Assembly (NCBI GenBank): GCA_965227515.1
Contig: CBDDFZ010000001.1
Location: 1,696,001 to 1,760,000, forward strand
Reading direction: 5' to 3'
Length of the DNA: 64,000 bases
Source: Alphaproteobacteria bacterium
Lineage (GTDB): Bacteria; Pseudomonadota; Alphaproteobacteria; CALKHQ01
The translations under genes and the position numbers were made by a program. The stretch's first letter is position 1, and each line of letters opens with the position of its first letter. Positions 1-9,502 of the stretch are shown piece by piece. The notes below the pieces were generated by a model. That model did not search any database. It was not told the origin of the DNA and worked only from the letters and a program-made list of their open reading frames with translations.

Positions 1-1442
1 AACAGAGCCTGAGTGCGCTGCGGGAAGAGGACGCCGCGATCTCCGGCATCTTCCATGCCTTCAGCATCGCCGCCATCCTGTTCTTCGCCGTGTTCAGCAT
101 CGCGGTGCGGTTCGGCAACGGCCTGCTCTATGCGGCCCTGTTCGCCATCGCCTTGCTGCTGAACGCGCAGTTGGATGGGCTCGCCTTCCAGTTGCTGTGG
201 CCGGACTGGCCCGGCTGGAACGGTATCGCTGCCCTGGTGCTGATGAACCTGCTGTGCGGGTTCGGGTTCTATGTCGCGGCCCGGCAGCGCGAACGCGAGC
301 GACCGAGCCCGCGATTTCGCCGCGCCGCCTATGCTCTCGCGGTCGTCAGCCTGGCGGTCAATGGCTTGATCCCGCTGATCGGCCCCGGCGCGGTGGTCAT
401 GATCGGCAATCTCTTGTTCGTGGCCATGCTCGCGGCCCAGGCCGCGGCGCTGCTGCCGTGGCTGCGCCGGCCTGATGGCGGCGTCGGCCGCCCCGCGCTG
501 GTGGGCACCGTGCTGGTGGCCGGCGCGAGCCTGGGGCTGGCCATCCTCTATCTGTCGGGCGTCACCCTGCCGCCGCTGGTCGGCTACAATCTGCACCGCA
601 TCTACTATCTGGTGATCACCCTGACGACGATGGCGACCCTGGTCGGCATTGTGGTTCAGTTGCGGCGCGACCACGAATCCGCGCTGTCGCGCGAAGTGGA
701 GGCGGCCCGCCGCGACGCCGCCCTCAACCGCGAGCTGTTCGAGGCGGAGAAGAACTACGCCCAGGCCCGCGAGCTTGCCGCCCAGCGCCAGCGCCGCCTG
801 GCCACGGCAAGCCATGACATCAAGCAGCCGCTCGCCGCGCTGCGCCTGTCGATGGACGCGCTGACCGCTGGCGACGATCCCGAGACCCGCCGAAGGCTGA
901 AGGACGCCTTCGACTATCTGGAGGGGCTGACCGGCAGCTATCTGGTCGAGGCCCGGCCGGAGGAGGCGGGCGAAGGAGAAATTGATGCGGCGGTCAAGGA
1001 TGCCGGGGCGCCCGCCGAACCCTATCCGTTGTCGCTGATCACCGGTACCGTCGAGCAGGTGTTCCGCGAGGAGGCGGTGTCGAAGGGCTTGCGCTTCACG
1101 TGCACCGGCGACGACCGCGAGATCGCGGTGCCGGTGCTGCCGCTGTTGCGGCTGGTCAGCAACCTGACCTCGAACGCAGTGAAGTACACGGTCGAAGGCG
1201 GAGTCTCGGTGAGCGCCGGCGCGGCTGGCGAGGGGGCGTTCATCGCGGTCGAGGACACCGGTCCCGGCATGTCCGCCGACGCGCTCGCCCTGTACCGGCG
1301 TTCGGGCGAGAAGGGCGAGACCTCGCAGGGGGAGGGCCTGGGCATGGCCATCGCCGACGAGATCGCGGCCTCTCTCGGCCTGACCCTGGAGGTCGAGAGC
1401 ACGCTGGGCGAGGGCACCCGGTTCCGCGTGCTAATTCCGTAG
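1..1442 (+). CDS. Membrane-bound sensor histidine kinase (5'-partial; multi-TM input, HisKA, HATPase_c)
   Basis: Frame is open from the window start. Several hydrophobic segments, H-box ASHDIKQPL, N-box NLTSNAVKYT, G1 VEDTGPGM, G2 GEGLGMAI. Confidence 0.9.
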   Translation, partial: QSLSALREEDAAISGIFHAFSIAAILFFAVFSIAVRFGNGLLYAALFAIALLLNAQLDGLAFQLLWPDWPGWNGIAALVLMNLLCGFGFYVAARQRERERPSPRFRRAAYALAVVSLAVNGLIPLIGPGAVVMIGNLLFVAMLAAQAAALLPWLRRPDGGVGRPALVGTVLVAGASLGLAILYLSGVTLPPLVGYNLHRIYYLVITLTTMATLVGIVVQLRRDHESALSREVEAARRDAALNRELFEAEKNYAQARELAAQRQRRLATASHDIKQPLAALRLSMDALTAGDDPETRRRLKDAFDYLEGLTGSYLVEARPEEAGEGEIDAAVKDAGAPAEPYPLSLITGTVEQVFREEAVSKGLRFTCTGDDREIAVPVLPLLRLVSNLTSNAVKYTVEGGVSVSAGAAGEGAFIAVEDTGPGMSADALALYRRSGEKGETSQGEGLGMAIADEIAASLGLTLEVESTLGEGTRFRVLIP

Positions 1443-1518
1443 GGGCTACGGAGGTCGTGATTGCCATTCCAAGACTCATGGCGTCGTCAACACGTTCGGT
1501 TGAGCCCCGACCACCACC

Positions 1519-1548
1519 GTCATGCCCGCACTTGTTGCGGGCATCCAC
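1519..1548. repeat. REP-like palindrome (GTCA-type)
   Basis: GTCATGCCCGCACTTGTTGCGGGCATCCAC hairpin between convergent genes; same layout as the copies at 16558 and 16704. Confidence 0.6.
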
Positions 1549-1694
1549 GTCTTGTTGGCCGCTTACGCGGCCATATCGTGATTTAGTAAACTGTCACCGA
1601 ATTGAGATCTGAATTGCCCATTGGTGATCGGCGCGGTACCCGGCGCTCGTCGCAATGACAGTGAGAATGGGGAAATTGGCGTCACTCGAATTGG

Positions 1695-2561
1695 CTACGA
1701 CCCGAAGTATTTCAGGAACGGGCCGATCACCTGGCGGAAGCCGGCCTCGAAGTCGTCATTGCCGGGGTGGTAGACCTGTTCCAGCGAGACCACGCCGTCA
1801 TAGCCATCGGCCACCAATGCCTGGGCCATCGGCGTGAACTGGTCGGCGAGCTGGCCTTCGCCCATCGGGCGCACCTCCAGCGTTGCCTTCGGCGTGTCGG
1901 CGTAGACATCCTTCACGTGCAAGTGGCCGACATAGCCGCCCTTCACGGACTCCCAGCCGTCCGGCCAGGCCTTCTCGTGCGCCCAGCAGTTGTTCGCCGG
2001 GTCCCACAGCACCCGCAGCACGTCGCGGGCGTCCAGGTCGTCGATCAGCTTGCGCGCGGTCCAGCACGAATTGACCATGGTGCCGTTGCCGGTCTCCACC
2101 ACGAGCTGGATGTCCTCGCGGCGGGCGAGCTCGATGGCCGGCGCGACCAGTTCCAGCATGCTGTCCCACGCGCCCTTGGCGACGTTCCAGTGCTCCGCGC
2201 CATGGCGGCCCCACAGGATCATCTCCTTCTTGCCGGACATGATGCGGACCAGCGGCGCGTCGAGCTTGCGCGACACGTCGATGCAGCGCTTCAGCGTGTC
2301 CATGTGGCGGGTGTGAAGTTCGTCGCCGACCTTGGTCGACATCGGCATGCCGGCGAACACGTGGTGGCAGATGTTGGAGACCTTCTTGCCGTGACGGTCC
2401 AGCAGGTCGCGGGCGCGCGCCACCTCCTGCGCGTCGAGGTTGCCGATCTCCTTGTCCCAGACGAACTGCAGCTCGGCATAGTCCAGGCCGAACTCGTCCA
2501 TGACCGAGAGCGCATGCTCCAGGTCGCGGCTGATGCCGTCGGTGATGACGCCCAGTTTCAT
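1695..2561 (-). CDS. Sugar phosphate isomerase/epimerase, xylose isomerase-like TIM barrel
   Basis: Metal-ligand motifs LVVET, WDPAN, HLHVKD, VSLE. Confidence 0.85.
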   Translation of the reverse strand: MKLGVITDGISRDLEHALSVMDEFGLDYAELQFVWDKEIGNLDAQEVARARDLLDRHGKKVSNICHHVFAGMPMSTKVGDELHTRHMDTLKRCIDVSRKLDAPLVRIMSGKKEMILWGRHGAEHWNVAKGAWDSMLELVAPAIELARREDIQLVVETGNGTMVNSCWTARKLIDDLDARDVLRVLWDPANNCWAHEKAWPDGWESVKGGYVGHLHVKDVYADTPKATLEVRPMGEGQLADQFTPMAQALVADGYDGVVSLEQVYHPGNDDFEAGFRQVIGPFLKYFGS

Positions 2562-2576
2562 GTTCTTGCTGTCCTG

Positions 2577-3476
2577 CTAACGGTGGAGCTCGGCGCCGAC
2601 GATATCCTCGACGACGCGGGTCACCACCCAGTTGTCGCCATCGGGGTGCCTGGTCTTGCCGGCGTGGAAGAGCTGCATGGCGGTGGACGCGGTGAACAGC
2701 GGCACGCCCAGGTCGCGGGCCATGTCGAGCACGATGGTCAGGTCCTTGTGCATGGTGGCGATGTGGCTGCCGGTGCCCTCGAACCTGCGGTCGATGATGT
2801 TTTCCAGCGCCGTGTTGGCGACGCCGCAACCGGCGCCGGACGTGCTGATGACGTCGTAGAGCACCTGGCCGGATACGCCGGCCTTCGCGGCCAGCACCGA
2901 CGCCTCGAACGTCGCGGAGAAGACGGAGCCGATCAGCGACTGCAGGCAGGCCTTCACGGTCTGGCCCATGCCGGGCTCGGTGCCGACCCGATGAATGGTC
3001 TTCGACACCGCTTCCATCGCCGGGCGGGCGCGGTCGAGCGCGGCATCCTCGCCGGCCGCCATCATGGTCAGAGTGCCGCCCTGGGCACCCGGAAAGCCGC
3101 CACTGACGGGTGAGTCGATCAGGTCGATGCCGGTGCCGGCCAGCCCCTCGCCAATCGCGCGCGCCTCGGCCGGCCTGATGGTGGCGGTGAGGATGACCGC
3201 GGCACCGGGCTGGAGCGTCGATGTCAGGCCGTCCCGGCCCTCGGCGCCCAGGATCACCGCCTTGGCCTGGTCGCCGTTCATCACCATCACATAGACCGCA
3301 TCGGCGCCGTCGCCGACCGCCGCGGCACTGCCGGCGGCATGTCCGCCCATGGCCGTGAACGCCGCCATCCGATCTGTGCTGAGGTCGAAGCCAGCGGTCT
3401 CGAACCCCGCGGCAATCAGGTTCTTGGCCAGGCCCGAGCCCATGTCGCCCAGCCCGATGACGCCTACGCGTGCCAT
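2577..3476 (-). CDS. NAD(P)-dependent beta-hydroxyacid dehydrogenase (3-hydroxyisobutyrate/L-threonate dehydrogenase family)
   Basis: GVIGLGDMGSG Rossmann motif, DSPVSGG, catalytic Lys in GQTVKA, MHKDL. Confidence 0.9.
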   Translation of the reverse strand: MARVGVIGLGDMGSGLAKNLIAAGFETAGFDLSTDRMAAFTAMGGHAAGSAAAVGDGADAVYVMVMNGDQAKAVILGAEGRDGLTSTLQPGAAVILTATIRPAEARAIGEGLAGTGIDLIDSPVSGGFPGAQGGTLTMMAAGEDAALDRARPAMEAVSKTIHRVGTEPGMGQTVKACLQSLIGSVFSATFEASVLAAKAGVSGQVLYDVISTSGAGCGVANTALENIIDRRFEGTGSHIATMHKDLTIVLDMARDLGVPLFTASTAMQLFHAGKTRHPDGDNWVVTRVVEDIVGAELHR

Positions 3477-3587
3477 ACGTCCTCCCCTCCGGTTGCTGCG
3501 GCTTGTCGCGCCGCATTCGCCGGCATCATGGCTCGGATCGGGCGACGGGGCGAGGGGAGAGATACGATGCCGTCAGCGGCGGCGCGC

Positions 3588-4139
3588 CTATTGGTCCTCG
3601 TACGACAGGATGCGATCGCGCAGTGCGGTGAACCGTGCCTCGACCTCGGTGCCGAACAGCGGGTCCTGGCGCGCGAGCAGCGGGTGGTCGGACATCGTGC
3701 CGTCACCCGCCGAAAGCGCCTTCTCGGCCTGCGGGAAGAAGCCGTCCTCTTCCATCTGCATGTGATGGCGCTGCGCGGACACGAACTCGCGCGCAGCTCT
3801 GAGAAACTCGTCCCTGGGGACGGCGGCCTCGATGACCACCCGGTCGAGCAAGTCGGCGAAAGCGTGGGTCAGCCGGCCCAGATCCTCGTGCAAGGCGGCG
3901 AGCTTCTTGGCCGACGGACCGGTGCTGCCGATCGTCTGCTCCAGCTCTCTGGCAACCAGATCCTCCTTCGGGTGATGGCAGCTGTCGGGATAGTCGCCGA
4001 AGTACTCCATGATCGACTGCAGCACTTCATAGTCGGGGAGCTCGCCCTGCTCGAACAGGTCGAGCTGGCTGTCCAGCAAACTCAACAGGCGTTCCATGTC
4101 GCGGTGTTCCGCGCGCAGACTCGCAATGATGTCGGACAT
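3588..4139 (-). CDS. Hemerythrin domain protein
   Basis: EHRDM, HHPKED, LHEDL, HMQMEE helical metal-ligand pattern. Confidence 0.85.
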   Translation of the reverse strand: MSDIIASLRAEHRDMERLLSLLDSQLDLFEQGELPDYEVLQSIMEYFGDYPDSCHHPKEDLVARELEQTIGSTGPSAKKLAALHEDLGRLTHAFADLLDRVVIEAAVPRDEFLRAAREFVSAQRHHMQMEEDGFFPQAEKALSAGDGTMSDHPLLARQDPLFGTEVEARFTALRDRILSYEDQ

Positions 4140-4323
4140 GACTGGCCTCCGATGATCTTCGTGGCGCCATACGATCCTTTCTTAAAGGATGGTACGACCG
4201 GTGGCGGTCCCGCAAGCCCACGGGCGCAGATGTCGCAATCTGGCGTCGGCGCTTGCGCGGTAGGACGATCCGGCCGTCCGGCCCTATAATCGGCGGGGGC
4301 GTCCGCGATATCGGAGACGGCAT

Positions 4324-6081
4324 ATGGAAATGGAAGTGGCACTGGGGTTGGACCGCGACGCGCTGCGCGCCGACCTGTCGGTCGCCTATCCGCCGGACGT
4401 TGTCGACCGCCTGGTCACGCGCATCGAAGACGTGGTCGCGCACTACCGCGAACAAATAACGCAGCCGCGCCCCTCCTGGGTCGACGAGGGCGATGCGATG
4501 CTCATCACCTATGGCGATTCCATCGGCGACGGCGCGCGCGCGCCATTGGCCGTGCTCGCGGCGTTCCTGGCCGCCCACGTGGGCGACGCGATCTCCAGCG
4601 TCCACATCCTGCCGTTCTATCCCTACACCTCCGACGACGGGTTCTCGGTGGTCGACTACCGCGCGGTCGACACCGGCCTCGGCGACTGGGACGACGTCGC
4701 GCGCCTGGCGGATCGCTATGCGCTGATGTTCGATGCCGTCATCAACCACGTCTCGCGCCACAGCGTGTGGTTCCAGAAGTTCCTGGCCGACGACCCGGCC
4801 TATGCCGACTACTTCATCGCCTGCGCGCCCGATGCCGACACCAGCCAGGTGACGCGGCCGCGCGCGCTGCCGCTGCTGACGCCGGTGGACTGCGCGTCCG
4901 GGACGAAGCATGTCTGGACGACGTTCAGCGACGACCAGATCGACCTCAACTACGCAAACCCCGACGTGCTGGTCGAGATCGTCGATCTGCTGTTGTTCTA
5001 CGCCGCGCAGGGCGCGCGTTACATCAGGCTCGATGCCATTGGCTTCATGTGGAAGGAGCTCGGCACCACGTGCATGCACCTGCCGCAGGCCCACGCGCTG
5101 ATCCGCGCCATGCGTCAGGCGGTGGACGCCGCATCACCCGGCACGCTCGTGATCACCGAGACCAACGTGCCGCACGCCGACAATGTCAGCTACTTCGGCA
5201 ATGGCGGTGACGAAGCCCACATGGTCTACCAGTTTCCGCTGCCGCCGCTGACCCTGCACGCGTTCCAAACGGGCGACGCCAGCCGGCTGTCGGACTGGGC
5301 AGCTTCGTTGCCGCCGACGACGCCCCAGACCACGTTCTTCAATTTCCTGGCGTCCCATGACGGCATCGGCGTGCGCCCTGTCGAGGGCATCCTGTCGCCC
5401 GCGGAAGTAAAGGCCATGGCGGCGGGCGTGGAGGCGCGCGGCGGGCTGATTTCGGTCCGCAACATGCCCGACGGCACGACCGCGCCCTATGAACTCAATA
5501 TCGCCTATGTCGATGCCATTGCCGAGCCGGATGACGACGATGAGACCCGTGCCGCGCGGTTCCTGGCCGCTCAGACCGTCCTGCTGTCGATGGCCGGGGT
5601 GCCGGGCATCTACATCCACAGCCTGCTCGGCTCGCGCAACGACCTGGCCGGTGTCGCGCGTACCGGCCGCAACCGGTCGATCAATCGGGCGAAGCTTGGT
5701 CTGGGCGACCTGGAGGCCGAGCTTGCACGGCCCGACAGCCTGCGGGCGCGGATTTTGGCGGGGACGCTCAAGCTGCTCGGTCTGCGCCGACAACGGCCGG
5801 CGTTCCACCCCAATGCCGGCCAGCGCATCGTGCCGGTCGACCCGCGGGTGTTCAGCCTGGTGCGCGAGAACCCGCAGGACCGGGTCTGGGTGGCGGTCAA
5901 CGTGTCGGCAGACACCGTCTCGCTGCGGGTGCGATGCGCGACCATCGGGTTCGCGGCGGGCGCGGCGCTGGCAGATGTGATCGGCGGGGCTGAGGTTGGC
6001 GGGGCTGAGGTGGGCGGGGACGCCGAGCACATCGCCCTCACGCTGGCGCCGTTCCAGTCCGCATGGGTGGCGGCCGGCTGA
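4324..6081 (+). CDS. GH13_18 sugar phosphorylase, probably glucosylglycerate phosphorylase
   Basis: LITYGD, HILPFYPYTSDDGFSV, RLDAIGFMWK (nucleophile), ITETNVPH, FLASHDGIG, PYELN loop. Confidence 0.85.
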   Translation: MEMEVALGLDRDALRADLSVAYPPDVVDRLVTRIEDVVAHYREQITQPRPSWVDEGDAMLITYGDSIGDGARAPLAVLAAFLAAHVGDAISSVHILPFYPYTSDDGFSVVDYRAVDTGLGDWDDVARLADRYALMFDAVINHVSRHSVWFQKFLADDPAYADYFIACAPDADTSQVTRPRALPLLTPVDCASGTKHVWTTFSDDQIDLNYANPDVLVEIVDLLLFYAAQGARYIRLDAIGFMWKELGTTCMHLPQAHALIRAMRQAVDAASPGTLVITETNVPHADNVSYFGNGGDEAHMVYQFPLPPLTLHAFQTGDASRLSDWAASLPPTTPQTTFFNFLASHDGIGVRPVEGILSPAEVKAMAAGVEARGGLISVRNMPDGTTAPYELNIAYVDAIAEPDDDDETRAARFLAAQTVLLSMAGVPGIYIHSLLGSRNDLAGVARTGRNRSINRAKLGLGDLEAELARPDSLRARILAGTLKLLGLRRQRPAFHPNAGQRIVPVDPRVFSLVRENPQDRVWVAVNVSADTVSLRVRCATIGFAAGAALADVIGGAEVGGAEVGGDAEHIALTLAPFQSAWVAAG

Positions 6082-6087
6082 GCCGTT

Positions 6088-6873
6088 TCACCGCCCTGCC
6101 GCGGTCTCGAGAAACGCTTCGAGCTTGGCCAGGAATTCGCGCGGTTTCTCGGCGTGGACCCAGTGGCCTGCGCCGTCGACGGTCTCCAGCGTTGCATGCG
6201 GGAACAGGCGGTCGATCGTTGGCCGGTGTCTCGGGCGGATGTAGTCGGACTGTCCGCCGCCGAGAAATAGCGTCGGCCCGTCGTAGGTCAGGTCCAGCAG
6301 GTGCTCGGGAAAGCCGCTCAGGGTGGGCAGGCCGGCGTCGAGCGCCGCCAGGTTGATGCGCCACGCGGTATTGCCGTCGTTGAAGACCAGGTTCTGCAGC
6401 AGGAAGGCGCGGATGGCCGGTTCGGGAATGGCTGCGCTCAGTTCGGCGTCCGCTTCCGACCGGCGGGTCACGCCGCTCAGGTCGATCCCCAGCATGGCCC
6501 GGGTGTAGGCCTGTAGCTTCGGCGCATAGGCGGTCGGCGCGATGTCGACCACCACCAGCGCCGCGACCCGCTCCGGATGCGCCAGCGCCAGGGCCATCGC
6601 GGTCTTGCCGCCGATGCTGTGTCCCACGACCACGGCCCGGTCGATCTGTTGCCGGTCAAGGAAGGCGCGCACGTCTTTGGCCATGGCGATATAGGCCACG
6701 TCGTCGTCCCAGGGCGAGTCGCCGTGATTGCGCAGGTCGAGGGCATGGACGTGCCAGGCTTCGCCCAGGCGCTTGGCGATGCTGGTCCAGTTCCGTCCCG
6801 AGCCGAACAGGCCGTGCAGAAGGATCAGCGGCGGACCGTCTCCGTAGGACTGATGTGCGAGCGCGATTTCCAT
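6088..6873 (-). CDS. Alpha/beta hydrolase (YbfF/ABHD11-like esterase)
   Basis: LHGLFGSGRNW, DLRNHG, GHSIGG nucleophile elbow, GHWVHAE. Confidence 0.9.
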   Translation of the reverse strand: MEIALAHQSYGDGPPLILLHGLFGSGRNWTSIAKRLGEAWHVHALDLRNHGDSPWDDDVAYIAMAKDVRAFLDRQQIDRAVVVGHSIGGKTAMALALAHPERVAALVVVDIAPTAYAPKLQAYTRAMLGIDLSGVTRRSEADAELSAAIPEPAIRAFLLQNLVFNDGNTAWRINLAALDAGLPTLSGFPEHLLDLTYDGPTLFLGGGQSDYIRPRHRPTIDRLFPHATLETVDGAGHWVHAEKPREFLAKLEAFLETAAGR

Positions 6874-6909
6874 GGCCTCAACTGTGCGATGCGGCGGCGA
6901 TGTGCCAGC

Positions 6910-8001
6910 TTACTGCCGTGCGGCAGTGTCGAGCTGGACGTAGTCCGACCCATCGGGTGGGCCGTCGGTGAGGTAGGCGGTGCCCGCGCTCAGGTCCATG
7001 ATCACCGAGAACACGGTCTGCAGGCGCTTGCCCTCCGGGTCCCGCGGGTCCTCCCGGCGGCTGATGGCATCCGGCCCATTCGACTTGTCGCGCAGCACCT
7101 CCATGCACGCCTCGACGTCGATGCGGCCGTGCCGCTCAGCCAATAGGCGCCTGACCCGCGCCAGCCGCGGATAGCTGTCGGGCAGCACCTGCTTGCCCAG
7201 GTCGCGGACTTGCCCCAGGCGCAGGCTGCATACGTGGTTGGTATGGCAGAGCAGATCCTGCTCGGGCAGCAGGACGTCGAAGTCGCCGGGGGTGGCTTCG
7301 ATATCGACCGCCTCGGCACCGGCCTGGGCGACCAGATAGTTGGCGGCCGAGGCGACCGGCCCGCCCGCGACCTGCTCGATGGCGTCGCCCAGGTTCCGCG
7401 CCTCCAGGATGCGCCGCAGCACGACATGCAGCGGCACGCCGTCGGCGCGCATCTGGTCGGTGACCAGCGCATTCAGGCACACGCCCAGTCCGGCCGCATT
7501 GAACCCGATCTTGCCGATGATGCCGCCCTCGGTGAGCATGGTGAGCGACGGGCCGTCCTCCCGCTCGATCGCCACCACCACGAAGGCGTCGCGCTGTGAG
7601 GCGCGCCAGTCCCAGTTCTGGCACAGCAGCACGTTGCCGTTGGCGGTCGCGGCGCCGAACGCGGCAAACGCCGTGCAGCCGTCGACCAGCCGCGCGGACA
7701 GCGCGATCTCCGAGCGCGCGTTGAGCGCCAGGATATCCTCCAGCGCCACCCCGCTGCCCTCCGCCATCCCCTTGATCTCGGCCATCAGGTCCGGCGCATA
7801 GCGCTCGATCGAGGCGGCATAGGCTGCCCCCATGCGTTGCGCTTCCGGCCAGTCGATGCCGACGAAGTCGCGAAACAGGCGCTCATAGGTCCGCAGGGAC
7901 GCCGCAACCTGTTCGGCGGCCGCGGTACCGATGGCGGCACCGCGCGCGGCCGGATCGGTTTCGCTGCAGCGCACGACGGGAAACGGGAAGTTGGTGGACA
8001 T
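6910..8001 (-). CDS. Peptidase C45 / acyl-CoA:6-APA acyltransferase-like Ntn hydrolase
   Basis: LNARSEI...DGCTA (autoprocessing Cys), QNWDW, GFNAAGLGVCLN, HTNH. Start placed at MSTNF after a GAGG RBS. Confidence 0.85.
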   Translation of the reverse strand: MSTNFPFPVVRCSETDPAARGAAIGTAAAEQVAASLRTYERLFRDFVGIDWPEAQRMGAAYAASIERYAPDLMAEIKGMAEGSGVALEDILALNARSEIALSARLVDGCTAFAAFGAATANGNVLLCQNWDWRASQRDAFVVVAIEREDGPSLTMLTEGGIIGKIGFNAAGLGVCLNALVTDQMRADGVPLHVVLRRILEARNLGDAIEQVAGGPVASAANYLVAQAGAEAVDIEATPGDFDVLLPEQDLLCHTNHVCSLRLGQVRDLGKQVLPDSYPRLARVRRLLAERHGRIDVEACMEVLRDKSNGPDAISRREDPRDPEGKRLQTVFSVIMDLSAGTAYLTDGPPDGSDYVQLDTAARQ

Positions 8002-8359
8002 CGAACCCATCCTCGGCTGTCGTTGGCTGCAACCTATGCGGTGGACACGGTGGCCCATGTATTGGCACAGGCATTCTGCCCGGGCGCGAGGAGGTTAGCG
8101 CATTTTTGCTGGCTTTGGGTTGCCGTCACGCGCGACCGGCCTGGTGCCCCTGCAGCAAAACCTCTGACCCGGGTCTGGTCGTGCGTTGGCCATGCCGGGC
8201 GGCATGGCCATGGGTCCTGGGTTCTGGATCGGGATCAGCCTGCGCCAGCGTGCGCCCGTTTTCCCGCGTGCCTTTACGGCATCCGGCCGCCCAGCGACTT
8301 TGACGTTGCGGGGCGGCCGGGCAGGGGAGGGGCCGGTGCGGACTTAGCCGGCCATGCGG

Positions 8360-9358
8360 TTAGCGGTTATCGAACAACTGCTCGACCAGGTATTCGTAGT
8401 TCTGCGCATTGTCGAGCGCGTCGTCCGGGTTGGTGCGGGCCAGCATCTCCATCTCGGAGATCGCATAGACCTCTTCGCCATGGTGGTTGGTGTAGCAAGC
8501 CTCAAGGCGCGGGGTCATGTGCGCCAGCTCGTGCACCACGGTGCCCATCTGGCTGTCCCACCCGCCGACCAGGGCGGCCTGGAAGAAGGCGGCGCCGAAC
8601 GTCAGCTCGCCGCGGCCCTGCATGCCGCACCAGGTGTAGGCGAACAGCGGGTTGTTGGGCTCGCACTTCGCGACGATCGGGTCGGCACCGGCCGACAGGC
8701 GATCCTCGATGTACTTCAGGTTCTGCGCCACCTCGAACCGGCTGGTCTCGTCGCCGAACCAGCGCTCGACCACATCGTCCTCGTAGGTGCCGATGGTCAG
8801 GCCCGACAGGCGGTCGCCGGTCTCGGCCAGCGCTTGCAGCGCCATCGCGACGGCCTGCTCGATGTCCTTGCGTTCCTCGGCGGAGCAGCCTTCGAACTCC
8901 AGCGCCACGTGCTCGTAGTCGAACGCGGCCGACACGGCCGCCGGGCCGGTCGCGACCGGAACGACGTCACCCTGGCCGAAGCCACCGCCATTGCCCTGGC
9001 CGTCCGAGCCACCGACTGCGACGAAGCCGTCGTCGCCGTTCTCGGCCACCACCGGCTGGTTGTTGCCCACCGGGGTGAAGCCAACGATCTCGGGCGCGCC
9101 GCCGCCATTGCCGACTGGCACGAACGCGTCGTTGCCGAAACCCGGCTGGCCGGCGTTCTCGACGGCCGGGCCAACGGTGTTGATCACGTTGCCATTGCCG
9201 TCGATCACGTTGACGATGTTCTGCGCCATCGCCGGCACGACGCCGGCCAGGATGGTGCCTGCGATCACGGCCGCACCGATGGAGGTGCGCTTGGCGCGGC
9301 CCATGGCCGGCGCGCGATGCTCGGTTGCATTCTTGGTCTGGTTGGTCATGGTTGCCAC
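8360..9358 (-). CDS. Secreted M35-family (aspzincin, Lys-specific-like) metalloendopeptidase
   Basis: Signal peptide ending AMA-Q, HELAH zinc motif, C-terminal DNAQNYEY, low-complexity Gly/Asn N-region. Confidence 0.75.
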   Translation of the reverse strand: MATMTNQTKNATEHRAPAMGRAKRTSIGAAVIAGTILAGVVPAMAQNIVNVIDGNGNVINTVGPAVENAGQPGFGNDAFVPVGNGGGAPEIVGFTPVGNNQPVVAENGDDGFVAVGGSDGQGNGGGFGQGDVVPVATGPAAVSAAFDYEHVALEFEGCSAEERKDIEQAVAMALQALAETGDRLSGLTIGTYEDDVVERWFGDETSRFEVAQNLKYIEDRLSAGADPIVAKCEPNNPLFAYTWCGMQGRGELTFGAAFFQAALVGGWDSQMGTVVHELAHMTPRLEACYTNHHGEEVYAISEMEMLARTNPDDALDNAQNYEYLVEQLFDNR

Positions 9359-9502
9359 CTTGCGCTTGAGTGTTGGTGCAGCGCCCTTTGGCGCCGCTGT
9401 TGAGACCGAGATGGCGACGGTCGCGGGCCGGACCTGTGAACTGGGTCACCGGTGCGGGTGGAAATGCGTTAGGGTGCCGCAAAACGGCGTGCGGGTTTGG
9501 CG

